Below, piece after piece: positions 19,081 through 27,702 of a stretch of DNA of 64,000 nt (position 1 is the stretch's first letter; every line of letters starts with the position of its first letter). The notes beneath the pieces are model-generated. The model was given only the letters and a program-made list of their open reading frames with translations. It ran no database searches and was not told the DNA's origin. This stretch comes from Candidatus Krumholzibacteriia bacterium (lineage in GTDB: Bacteria; Krumholzibacteriota; Krumholzibacteriia; Krumholzibacteriales; Krumholzibacteriaceae). A program made the position numbers and the translations under genes. The DNA is taken from assembly GCA_963836185.1 (NCBI GenBank), contig CAWIIQ010000001.1, positions 352,001 through 416,000 on the forward strand, in the 5' to 3' direction.

Positions 19081-19651
19081 ATGAAACGTGACAGAAGAGA
19101 TTTTCTCAAGACTGTGACAGCAGGCGTCCTTACAGCTTCGCTTGTGCCTCTGAGTGTGTCTGGTGAAGAGGAAAAGCCGCAATCGGATACTGAAGGGGTC
19201 TCCCCGAAGAGTAGAGGTGAGATGGCGAATGCCTGTATGCAGAAATATGGCAGCTGTTGTTCGGGCGTGCTGGCTGCTTATGCCGCAGAGGTGGGGATGG
19301 ATCAGGATCTTGCCGGTGCCGCGGGCCGGGGTATGGCAGGAGGGATAGGGGGCCTTGGGAAACGTTTGCGGCGCTGTCAGCGGAGCCGTGATGGCGATCG
19401 GGCTGAAAACGACAAACGAGAGCAATATTCACGATATGCAGGCTGGAATGAAAGCGATGGAGACTGTCAGGGAATTCGTTGCAAGATTCGAAGAGCAGCA
19501 CTCATCCATACAGTGCAGGGAGCTTATAGGCTACGATATAAGTTCCACGGAGAAGAGTATGCTTGCCATGCAGGAGAAGGCTTTCGAAAAGTGCCCCGGA
19601 TATGTCGAAAGTGCAGTGGAAATACTCGATGATCTACTTAGTAACGGATAA
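19081..19651 (+). CDS. C_GCAxxG_C_C family protein with a Tat signal; frameshift near 19360
   Basis: DRRDFLK; SCCSGV; GGIG.LGNVCGAVSG; SIQCRELIG; KCPGYV. Confidence 0.85.
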
Positions 19652-19724
19652 TTATACAGAGGAATCGATCAACGGGTGCCGATTTCGCGAAGGAGCGAAC
19701 CGAGTTCACTCAGGAGGAGCAGAC

Positions 19725-20618
19725 ATGACCCACGAACGCGCGACCACTCGTCCGGCCCCCGCGGCCCTCATCCTGGGCTTCTTTCTCGGCTGCGTTCTCG
19801 TCGTCGCCACCGCCGCCGGTGCGGGAACTCTCGGCGTCGCTATCTCGGCCGACGGCACGCCCATCGCCTACGAGGTCCACGGCGGCGGCGAGCCGACCCT
19901 GATCCTGGTCCACGGCTGGAGCTGCGACGCTCGCTACTGGCGCGAGCAGCTGGCGCACTTCGCCGCCCGGCATCGGATTGTCACCGTCGATCTGGCTGGC
20001 CACGGCCACTCGGGCGTGGGGCGCGAGGACTACACCATGCGCTCCTTTGGCGAGGACGTGCGGGCGGTGGCCGACGCCGTCGGCGGCGACCGGCTGATCC
20101 TGGTCGGTCACTCCATGGGTGGCCTGGTCATCGCCGAGGCCGCGCGCCTGCTGCCGGGCCGGGTCCTGGGCCTGATCGGCGTCGACTCGCTCCACGACCT
20201 CGGTTTTCCGGTCACAGAGGAGCACGCCGCCGAGATGATCGCCCCGCTGGAGGCCGACTTCCCTGCCGCCTGCCGGCAGTTCGCCGCAGCGATGATCCTG
20301 CCGGACACGGACGCCGAACTGGCCGAGTGGATCCAGGCCGACATGGCGTCCGCGCCAGCGGAGGTCGCCCTGAGCGCGATGCGGGAGTACATGGCGCAGT
20401 GGATCACCGGCGCGGGGCCGAGGCTCTTCGAGGAGCTGCCCCTGCCGGTCGTGGCGGTGTGCGCCGACATGTGGCCCGTCGATGCCGAGGCGAACCGCCG
20501 TCACATGCACTCCTTCGAGGCGATCGTGCTGGAGGGAACCGACCACTTCCTGATGCTCGGCGCAGCGGAGGAGTTCAACCGGGCACTCGAGGAGGCCATC
20601 TCGAAGATCGAGCCCTAG
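19725..20618 (+). CDS. Secreted alpha/beta hydrolase
   Basis: AGGAGG RBS; LVHGW; DLAGHGHS; GHSMGG; terminal HF motif; markedly GC-rich. Confidence 0.9.
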   Translation: MTHERATTRPAPAALILGFFLGCVLVVATAAGAGTLGVAISADGTPIAYEVHGGGEPTLILVHGWSCDARYWREQLAHFAARHRIVTVDLAGHGHSGVGREDYTMRSFGEDVRAVADAVGGDRLILVGHSMGGLVIAEAARLLPGRVLGLIGVDSLHDLGFPVTEEHAAEMIAPLEADFPAACRQFAAAMILPDTDAELAEWIQADMASAPAEVALSAMREYMAQWITGAGPRLFEELPLPVVAVCADMWPVDAEANRRHMHSFEAIVLEGTDHFLMLGAAEEFNRALEEAISKIEP

Positions 20619-20656
20619 GTGATGGTTGCCTGGTGTGCCACAGGAAGCAGGATTAC

Positions 20657-21607
20657 TTGAGACACATTGCATCGACAGAAGGTTGTGCAAAAATAGCATT
20701 GAGTATCGTGCTCGTCGGGCTGGTGCTGTTTGCGCCGGCAGTCTCTGCCCAGCAGGAAAAGGCTGCATCGGTGCCGGCTGGCCCGTACCTCGGCCAATCA
20801 AGCCCAGGCGTTACTCCAGCTCAGTTTATGCCGGATCATCAGCTGTTCGATGGTCTCCTGCATTGTTCTCCCGCCTTCTCGCCCGACGGCAATGAAGTGT
20901 TCTGGTCGGTGATTTTCCGCGAAGAACGCCGTGGGCAGATCATGTGTATGCGGGCGACCGGGGATGGCTGGACTCCGCCGGCCGTAGCGGCGTTTTCCGG
21001 AGTGTACAGTGATGTCAATCCATGCTTTTCATCTGATGGTTCCAGGGTGTATTTCGCGTCAAACCGTCCGGAAGGAAAGGGCAGCGCGGATATCTGGTAT
21101 GTGACCAGAACCGATCATGGCTGGGGCGATCCGGTCAATCTCGGCATGCCGCCCAATGGCGAAGGCGGCGAGGGCCAGCCATCTGTGGCAGCCGATGGTT
21201 CCCTGGTGTTTATCAGCGCGATGGACTCGGTCGAATGGGATCGTGGTATTTACATGTGCCGGAAAATGGACACGGGATACGCCGAGCGGACAGCCTTGCC
21301 GTCGATTATCAATACCCCCGGTGCAGACGCCTATCCCTTTATTGCCCCCGACCAGTCCTATCTGCTCTTTTGCTCCAGTCGACCCGGGGGTAAAAGTGTA
21401 GAGACGGATATGTACATTTCATTCAAGACGGAGAACGGTGAGTGGGGGGTGCCGGTGCAGGCAGGCCCCGGGATCAACAACGGAAAGACGGTTTCATTTC
21501 CCCGTGTTACGCCTGATGGAAAGTATCTCTTCTTCAGGCGTTTCATTGACGGACACGGTGCTTTCTTCTGGGTGGAAGCCAGGAGACTTGAGGAGCTGAG
21601 ACCATAA
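20657..21607 (+). CDS. Secreted PD40/TolB-like beta-propeller protein
   Basis: TTG start inferred; GPYLGQSSPG; PAFSPDG, FASNRP, PVNLG, TPDGKYLFF. Confidence 0.8.
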   Translation: MRHIASTEGCAKIALSIVLVGLVLFAPAVSAQQEKAASVPAGPYLGQSSPGVTPAQFMPDHQLFDGLLHCSPAFSPDGNEVFWSVIFREERRGQIMCMRATGDGWTPPAVAAFSGVYSDVNPCFSSDGSRVYFASNRPEGKGSADIWYVTRTDHGWGDPVNLGMPPNGEGGEGQPSVAADGSLVFISAMDSVEWDRGIYMCRKMDTGYAERTALPSIINTPGADAYPFIAPDQSYLLFCSSRPGGKSVETDMYISFKTENGEWGVPVQAGPGINNGKTVSFPRVTPDGKYLFFRRFIDGHGAFFWVEARRLEELRP

Positions 21608-21660
21608 CAGGAACTTGCACATGCTTGACTATTAGCCCTGTGATCGACTGGAGGAGTTGA

Positions 21661-22499
21661 ATGGAGACGCGGCTGGAGCCGAGAGCAGTATGGACGCGGA
21701 TCGCCGTTTTTGTAGGGGGTCACCTACGCCTGGTCGTGGATATTCATGTCGATGGCGATTTCCGCTGGGAAGATCACCACCGCCACTGCACTCGGTGGAA
21801 TGTGGAGTCCCCTCGTCGGGCTCCTTGTCACCCGGATCATCTTTCCGGACGGCAGGCGCCGGGGCAGCCTGGCCGGGCTTGGCTGGCGCTGGGGCTCGAC
21901 GCGGTGGCAGCTGTGGAGCTACCTGCTCCCGGTGCTGTACGTTGGCGCCGCATATGGGGCAACCTGGGCATTCGGCCTGGCCGGTTTCACCGAAGACCCG
22001 GCCGGCGATGTCGCCGTCAAGGTACTCACCGCAATCGCCCTGGGCACTGTCTTCAATTCGATTGCAGCCCTTGGGGAAGAGATCGGCTGGCAGGGCTTCC
22101 TGGTCCCTCAGCTCTTCCGTGTGGTGGGCTTCACCAAAACGGCCCTTCTGCGCGGAATCATCTGGTCCTTGTGGCACTATCCGTTGATCATCGGCGGGGT
22201 CTACGGCACCACGGAAACGCCGCTCTGGTACCGACTGGTCTTTTTCACCATCACCATGACGTCCGTCAGCTTCGCTTTCTCCTGGCTCAGGATCAAAGTC
22301 AGGGAGCCTCTGGACCGGCGTGTTGCTGCACGCCATGCATAACCTGTACTTCCAGGAGGTCTTCCCGATGCTGGCAGTCGATCGTTCCACCACCGCGTAC
22401 TATATCGGCGAATTCGGAGCGTTTTCCGCCATTGCCGCGATCATCGTCGCTTTTGTATTCTGGAGAAGGCGCGGGAGCTTGAACGTCCCCGCGCGTTAG
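21661..22499 (+). CDS. CPBP/CAAX intramembrane metalloprotease; frameshifts near 21718 and 22305
   Basis: GEEIGWQG; WSLWH; LLHAMHN in the shifted frame; GGAGG RBS. Confidence 0.85.
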
Positions 22500-22546
22500 C
22501 CGGGCAGCATAGCACCCGCTGCGCCAGCCTGGCGATTTCTCATGCG

Positions 22547-22609
22547 ATTGTTCTTGATTTTGAGGCTACCTGCGGAGATGAGGGACCAGTACGACCGCAG
22601 GAAATAATT
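22547..22609 (+). pseudogene. Relic of an ERI-1-like DEDDh exonuclease N-terminus
   Basis: IVLDFEATC...PQEII matches the Exo I motif of ERI-1-like nucleases; the rest of the domain is absent. Confidence 0.55.
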
Positions 22610-23018
22610 GTAAAGATACTTCGCTTGCTTGTGCAGGCCGGGGCCATTGTTGAACCGACGTCAGAGCTTTCGTCTCTGAAATATCCGCCAATTCAATTGA
22701 GACTGCGCTATGGAGATAGAGTTGAAACGGTGATTCTGGAGACACGTAACCTGAAAACGCTTCGAGAATTGGCAGGCAAGTGCTTCAAGTGTCGGATTAC
22801 GACATTCACTTGACTTGATGGTAAGTGTATTGAGGGAGGGAATGAGCTTCTTGCGTTAAAGTCAGGCGAAGAGATTGTATTGACGTGATCAGCGTAGTAG
22901 CATTTTTCTGGCAAGAGCTTTCACCTGACAATCGCCTGGATTATCTCAATCAGCTCTCCAGCGGGGAGAAGGAATTTCCGCTGTTTCACCTGCAGGCGTA
23001 GCTGAACATCGGCCCGTC

Positions 23019-23054
23019 TTGACACATAAAGAAATATGGCTATACTATAGCCAG
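23019..23054 (+). promoter_or_regulatory. TA promoter with palindromic operator
   Basis: TTGACA-16 nt-TATACT, with the perfect inverted repeat TGGCTATA-c-TATAGCCA over the -10. Confidence 0.75.
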
Positions 23055-23055
23055 A

Positions 23056-23373
23056 ATGAAACACGAGATTGTCTTGTCTCCAGCTGCCGTCGATGAGTAT
23101 CGGACTCTGTCGGCGTTTGAGCGCGCACAGGTCCGCGATGCCCTCGAGCGGCATCTCAGGCATCAACCAACGAAGACGAGCCGGAGCCGGATCAAACGCC
23201 TTAGAGGCCTTCGAAAGCCGCAGTATCGGTTGCTGGCGGGAGATCTGAGGGTCTTTTACGACGTTGTCGAGGGTCGAGTGGAGATTCTCGCGATTGTCAC
23301 GAAGGCACAAGCCGAGGCGTGGTTGAAAGAGAAAGGGTCGCCCGATGAAAAAGGTCGCACTCGCTCGGATTAA
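23056..23373 (+). CDS. Type II toxin, RelE/ParE family
   Basis: IKRLRG...YRLLAGDLRVFYDV....VEILAI. Confidence 0.85.
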   Translation: MKHEIVLSPAAVDEYRTLSAFERAQVRDALERHLRHQPTKTSRSRIKRLRGLRKPQYRLLAGDLRVFYDVVEGRVEILAIVTKAQAEAWLKEKGSPDEKGRTRSD

Positions 23374-23590
23374 GGACTCGCTGTCGAAGTACCTCAGGAT
23401 AGCCGAGCGCGAAGAGATCATCATTACCAGGCACGGCAAACCGGCCGGAGTGCTGATCGGTTTCAACTCTGAGGATGACTGGTTTGAATACCGCCTGGAG
23501 AACGATCCCAGGTTTCTGGAGCGGGTCGCGGAGGCCCGTGAAGCATTTAGACGCGGGAAAGGCGTGAAGCTGGAAGATCTGGAAGAATGA
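23345..23590 (+). CDS. Antitoxin, Phd/YefM family
   Basis: KDSLSKYL..AE.EEIIITRHGKPAGVL. Confidence 0.9.
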   Translation: MKKVALARIKDSLSKYLRIAEREEIIITRHGKPAGVLIGFNSEDDWFEYRLENDPRFLERVAEAREAFRRGKGVKLEDLEE

Positions 23591-23680
23591 ACGGCGACAT
23601 CGCACCGTTCTCGACCGACACGCCATTCATCGAGGATTTCGAAACTGATTCCTCCCAACGACTCCCCATGATTAAGTAAA

Positions 23681-23782
23681 AGTAATATGTTGCTGTTTAA
23701 GGACTGAATATTGCTATAACAGGTAATATATTGCTGGCTATAGATTCGGCTTGACATATTGTATAATCAGTAATATACTGCT
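23681..23782 (+). promoter_or_regulatory. hipBA-like promoter with operator repeats
   Basis: TTGACA(23751)-17 nt-TATACT(23774). Near-palindromic RGTAATATRYTGCT copies at 23681, 23722 and 23769, plus a weaker one at 23702. Confidence 0.75.
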
Positions 23783-23817
23783 TGTTAAGGATATGAAAGG
23801 GGTGTAATCAGTAACAT

Positions 23818-24187
23818 ATGTCGTATAATCATGATTTTTCAGTAGCAACGAGCAGTCAGATCGAGGCTGCCCTCTGCAAGCGGCTGGAAAGTATAAGGCT
23901 TTCCCGTAACATGACCCAGGCGCAACTTGCCGGGGAAGCTGGTGTCTCGTCGAGGACTATCGGCCGGCTTGAGAAGGGCCAGGGAGTTTCCCTGGATACA
24001 TTCATCCGGGTCCTGACGGCGCTTGGCATCCAGCAGCAATCTTGAAGCCCTGCTGCCGGATCCGACTGTGAGGCCGATCGAGCGAGTCGGCATTGGCGGC
24101 GGAGAGCGCAAGCGGGCACGGCCATCTTCCTCGGTCGCTGAGCGCCAGAAATGGTCGTGGGGTGACGGCGGGGACGAAGATGAATAA
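23818..24187 (+). CDS. XRE/HTH antitoxin (HipB-like), frameshift near 24036
   Basis: RLSRNMTQAQLAGEAGVSSRTIGRLEKG; continues NLEALLPDP...RKRAR in the shifted frame. Confidence 0.8.
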
Positions 24188-25482
24188 TGATGCACGTGTC
24201 GTTCTCTGGGGAAGTGTGATCGGTGCCGTCACCTGGCTCGAAGACAGGGAGATCGGAGTCTTCCAGTACGCTCCTGATTTCCTGGGTAGCGGCATCCAGC
24301 TGGCGCCGCTCATGATGCCGCTCGGCGAGTTCCCTTATGAGTTCCCGGCGCTTGCGCGGAATACATTCAAAGGGTTGCCGGGATTGATAGCGGATTCACT
24401 TCCGGACAGATACGGTAATGCGATCATTGACGCCTGGCTTGCTTCACAGGGACGAACCGCATCGAGTTTCCATCCGGTGGAGCGTCTCTGCTATGTCGGC
24501 AGTCGCGGCATGGGGGCTCTCGAGTTCCAGCCGGCCACACTCGGGCCGCCGACCAGCAAGCGCGCGGTCGAGGTCGCCAGCCTCGTCGATCTGGCAAACC
24601 GGATCCTTGCCGAACGCGCCAGTCTCGGTGGCGTTTTCTCCGGTGACGACGACCAGGAAGCAATCAACGACATTCTCCGAGTCGGGACTTCAGCCGGCGG
24701 AGCCAGGGCCAAAGCGATTCTCGCCTGGAATCCGGAGACCAACGAATTCCGGTCAGGCCAGGTCGATGCCGGAGCGGGCTTCGAGCACTGGCTCATGAAG
24801 TTTGACGGGATCACCAGCACTCGTCGATGCAGAAGTCGCCACTCCGAAGGGCTACGGTAAGATCGAGTATGCCTATCACCTGATGGCCGTCGAGGCCGGC
24901 ATCGAGATGACGACGTGCCGCCTTCATCATGAAGGCGGCCGCAGCCACTTCATGACGAAGAGATTTGACAGGCATGCCGATGGCGGAAAGCTGCACATGC
25001 AGTCCCTCGGGGCCATTGCTCACTATGACTACAGGCAGCCTGCGAGCTATTCGTACGAGCAGGCGATCCAGGTCATCCGGCGGCTGGGACTCCCTCGAAA
25101 GGACATGGAGCAGCAGGTGCTGCGCGCCATATTCAATGTAGTCGGCCGCAATTGTGACGATCACGTCAAGAACATAGCCTTTCTCATGAATCGGCGAGGT
25201 GAATGGCGCCTGTCACCTGCCTTCGACATCTCCTATGCGTGGAACCCCAGCGGTGAGTGGGCGAGCCGGCACCAGATGAGCGTGAACGGCAAGCGCGACG
25301 GATTCAAGCGTGAGGATCTGCTCGCCCTCGCTAACGTGGCTGACATCAAGACGGCGCGCGCGCACCAGATGATAGATCGCGTTATCGAAGTAGTCCGCCG
25401 CTGGCCTGATGTTGCCGCGGATGCTGGAGTTCCCGATGAACAGATCAGGAAGATTCAGAATAGCCAGCGCACGGATCTGTAG
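24180..25482 (+). CDS. hipA: HipA family kinase toxin, frameshift near 24820
   Basis: ADSLPDRYG; GTSAGGARAK; WLMKFDG; TKRFDR; NCDDHVKN; LSPAFD. Confidence 0.9.
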
Positions 25483-25528
25483 TGATATGGATAAGATTGT
25501 TCAGGCCGGAATCAGGGGAGATAGCTCT

Positions 25529-26491
25529 ATGAAACGTTTTGTTCTATTAACCTCTGCCGTGTGTCTTCTTCTCTGTGCCGGGGAGGCATGGTCCCGGGAC
25601 CAGGGGGATACTGTCTGCACTGAATTCCCCAGGATCGGGGGCGAATATTTCGGGCAGGCGAAGCCGGGGCCGAAGGCCGAGCCGTTCGCTGTTCCGGTGT
25701 TAGTCGGCCGGCAGGGTCATTACATCAGGTCAGTCACCTTCTCCCCCGATGGAACGGAGGCTTACTGGCCCGTCATCGACCTGAACGATGATTACAGGCG
25801 ATGGATAGCCTGTTCCCGGATGGAGGGAGGGATCTGGACGTATCCTGAGCTGGCCCCGTTCTCGAAGAAGGGTTACGAAGATGACGTGCCCTGCATTTCA
25901 CCGGGCGGTGACAAGCTGCTGTTCGTTTCCCGGCGCCCGCTCACTGAGGGTGATGCGGTGGGCAAGGAGAAGATCTGGATCATGACCCGCGATGGAGAGG
26001 GCTGGTCGGTTCCTGTCCCGCTGCCTGAATCGGTAAATGCCCCGTACACGATCCATCAGCAGGTATCACTCGACGGGGAAGATAACCTGTATTTCAGCGG
26101 CGAGGCTTCCGATGGATACGGGAGTCTCGATATCTACCGTTCGAGATATGTGGACGGGGAATATCAGCAGCCTGTGAATCTGGGCCCGGTGATCAATGGT
26201 CCTGAAGGGGATTATACCCCTTTCATCGCGGCGGACGGGAGCTATCTCATATTCACCAGGAATGTCGGAGAAGGGTGGACCCTGCTTATAAGTTTCAGGG
26301 ACCGGGACGGGGCCTGGAGCCCTCCGGCTGATTTGAAGGAGAGCATCAAGGGGGTTGCGGGGATGGAACTCGGTAATCCTTTTGTGACGCACGATGGAAA
26401 ATATCTGATATTCTTCGGGGAGAAGGGCAGCGACATCACGCCGTTCTGGACCGACATATCCTTCATCGAGGATCTTCGCGATAAGAGGTGA
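25529..26491 (+). CDS. Secreted PD40/TolB-like beta-propeller protein
   Basis: Signal peptide; GEYFGQAKPG; FSPDG; PVNLGPVIN; THDGKYLIF. Confidence 0.85.
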   Translation: MKRFVLLTSAVCLLLCAGEAWSRDQGDTVCTEFPRIGGEYFGQAKPGPKAEPFAVPVLVGRQGHYIRSVTFSPDGTEAYWPVIDLNDDYRRWIACSRMEGGIWTYPELAPFSKKGYEDDVPCISPGGDKLLFVSRRPLTEGDAVGKEKIWIMTRDGEGWSVPVPLPESVNAPYTIHQQVSLDGEDNLYFSGEASDGYGSLDIYRSRYVDGEYQQPVNLGPVINGPEGDYTPFIAADGSYLIFTRNVGEGWTLLISFRDRDGAWSPPADLKESIKGVAGMELGNPFVTHDGKYLIFFGEKGSDITPFWTDISFIEDLRDKR

Positions 26492-26494
26492 GTC

Positions 26495-27097
26495 ATGTCC
26501 GCGATCTTTCGGGACGCCAGGCCTGACCTTGAAGAAGGTCTGGTCTGTGCCCGCTATATCAACGAAGCTGCCGAGGGCTTCATCCGTTTTATGTTCGGTG
26601 GCGGGTACGCGGAAATTATCGCGAAGGCATATACCCAGCCTGACAACCAGTACTCCTTCCAGAACGTGATCTTCGCGGAACGTGACAGCGTCATCGTCGG
26701 CATGGCGCTCGGTTTTACTGCCTTACAGCGAGTCAATTTCTCCGACGAGCCGATAAAGAGGGCCGCGGAACCACAAGCCTTTCGGATGAGAGTTGTGAAG
26801 ACGCTTTTCGCGCCGATGATGAGAATCATCGAAACGATCGATCCTGGAGACTACTATATACTGACTCTTGCTGTAGATACGGGAGTTAGAGGCGAAGGCA
26901 TCGGCACGATGTTGCTCGACGCGATGGAGGAAAGGGCCGTCGCCGGCGGTTCCGCGCGGCTCGCTCTCGATGTCGCGGCGAGCAACGGGGGCGCACGCAG
27001 GCTCTATGAGCGCCGCGGGATGAACGTCGAGTCGCAGTGGCCGAAGCGCCTCCCACTACCGGGGATAAGATTCTATCGGATGACGAAATCACTCTGA
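26495..27097 (+). CDS. GNAT acetyltransferase
   Basis: LAVD..RGEGIGT.LL; N.GARRLYER.G. Confidence 0.9.
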   Translation: MSAIFRDARPDLEEGLVCARYINEAAEGFIRFMFGGGYAEIIAKAYTQPDNQYSFQNVIFAERDSVIVGMALGFTALQRVNFSDEPIKRAAEPQAFRMRVVKTLFAPMMRIIETIDPGDYYILTLAVDTGVRGEGIGTMLLDAMEERAVAGGSARLALDVAASNGGARRLYERRGMNVESQWPKRLPLPGIRFYRMTKSL

Positions 27098-27128
27098 GTT
27101 CACGATGGACACGAATAAGGGAGATCAA

Positions 27129-27512
27129 ATGAAACGCGTGACTGGAATCGGCGGGATCTTCATCAAGTCGAAGGATCCCGAGAGGCTGAGGGCCTGGTAT
27201 CAGGCTCACCTGGGAATGGAGATCGAGGAATGGGGTGGAGTCGTTTTCCAGTGGAGTACGCCGGAGGTTCCAGTGGCAGACGGAATGACGATCTGGAACA
27301 TATTCGAGGAGCCATCTGATTATTTCCATCCCAGCGAGGCGCAGTTCATGATCAACTACCGGGTAGAAGATCTGAATGCCGTTCTGGACGCCCTCAGGTC
27401 GGAGGGCTGCAATGTTGTCGAGAAGACCGTGGAGTCAGAGCTCGGCAAGTTCGGGTGGGTGATCGATCCTGACGGCAACAAGGTCGAGCTGTGGGAGCCG
27501 CCGACCGGGTGA
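27129..27512 (+). CDS. VOC/glyoxalase family protein
   Basis: MKRVTGIGGIF; FMINYRVEDL; GKFGWVIDPDGNKVELWEP. Confidence 0.9.
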   Translation: MKRVTGIGGIFIKSKDPERLRAWYQAHLGMEIEEWGGVVFQWSTPEVPVADGMTIWNIFEEPSDYFHPSEAQFMINYRVEDLNAVLDALRSEGCNVVEKTVESELGKFGWVIDPDGNKVELWEPPTG

Positions 27513-27535
27513 TCTTGCCGGGAGTGACTTTTCTG

Positions 27536-27584
27536 CAGGAGGCATAAGATAATCCAGGTGTGATTTGTGCTGTTCGGCCATGGG
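27536..27584 (+). repeat. Degenerate direct repeat B, left copy
   Basis: caggagg..taaga..atccaggtgtgatttgtgctgttcgg; the 26-nt core matches 31403-31428 at 22/26. Confidence 0.7.
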
Positions 27585-27609
27585 TGTACCGCTGTAAAAT
27601 CCCGCATTC

Positions 27610-27638
27610 TTGACAACATTCCATTTATAGTTTAAAAT
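27610..27638 (+). promoter_or_regulatory. Sigma70-type promoter
   Basis: TTGACA-17 nt-TAAAAT. Confidence 0.75.
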
Positions 27639-27702
27639 GATTCCGCATCGGCTAGGGGACGCCGAGAATCCAGTACAACTCAACAGCGTAAAGGAGTCCG
27701 CC

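Noticed and set aside
21602-23020. Further attC half-sites (cataacaggaacttgcac at 21603, catagcacccgctgc at 22508, gtagctgaac near 22998)
   Set aside because: No complementary arms or paired core sites; too degenerate to call.
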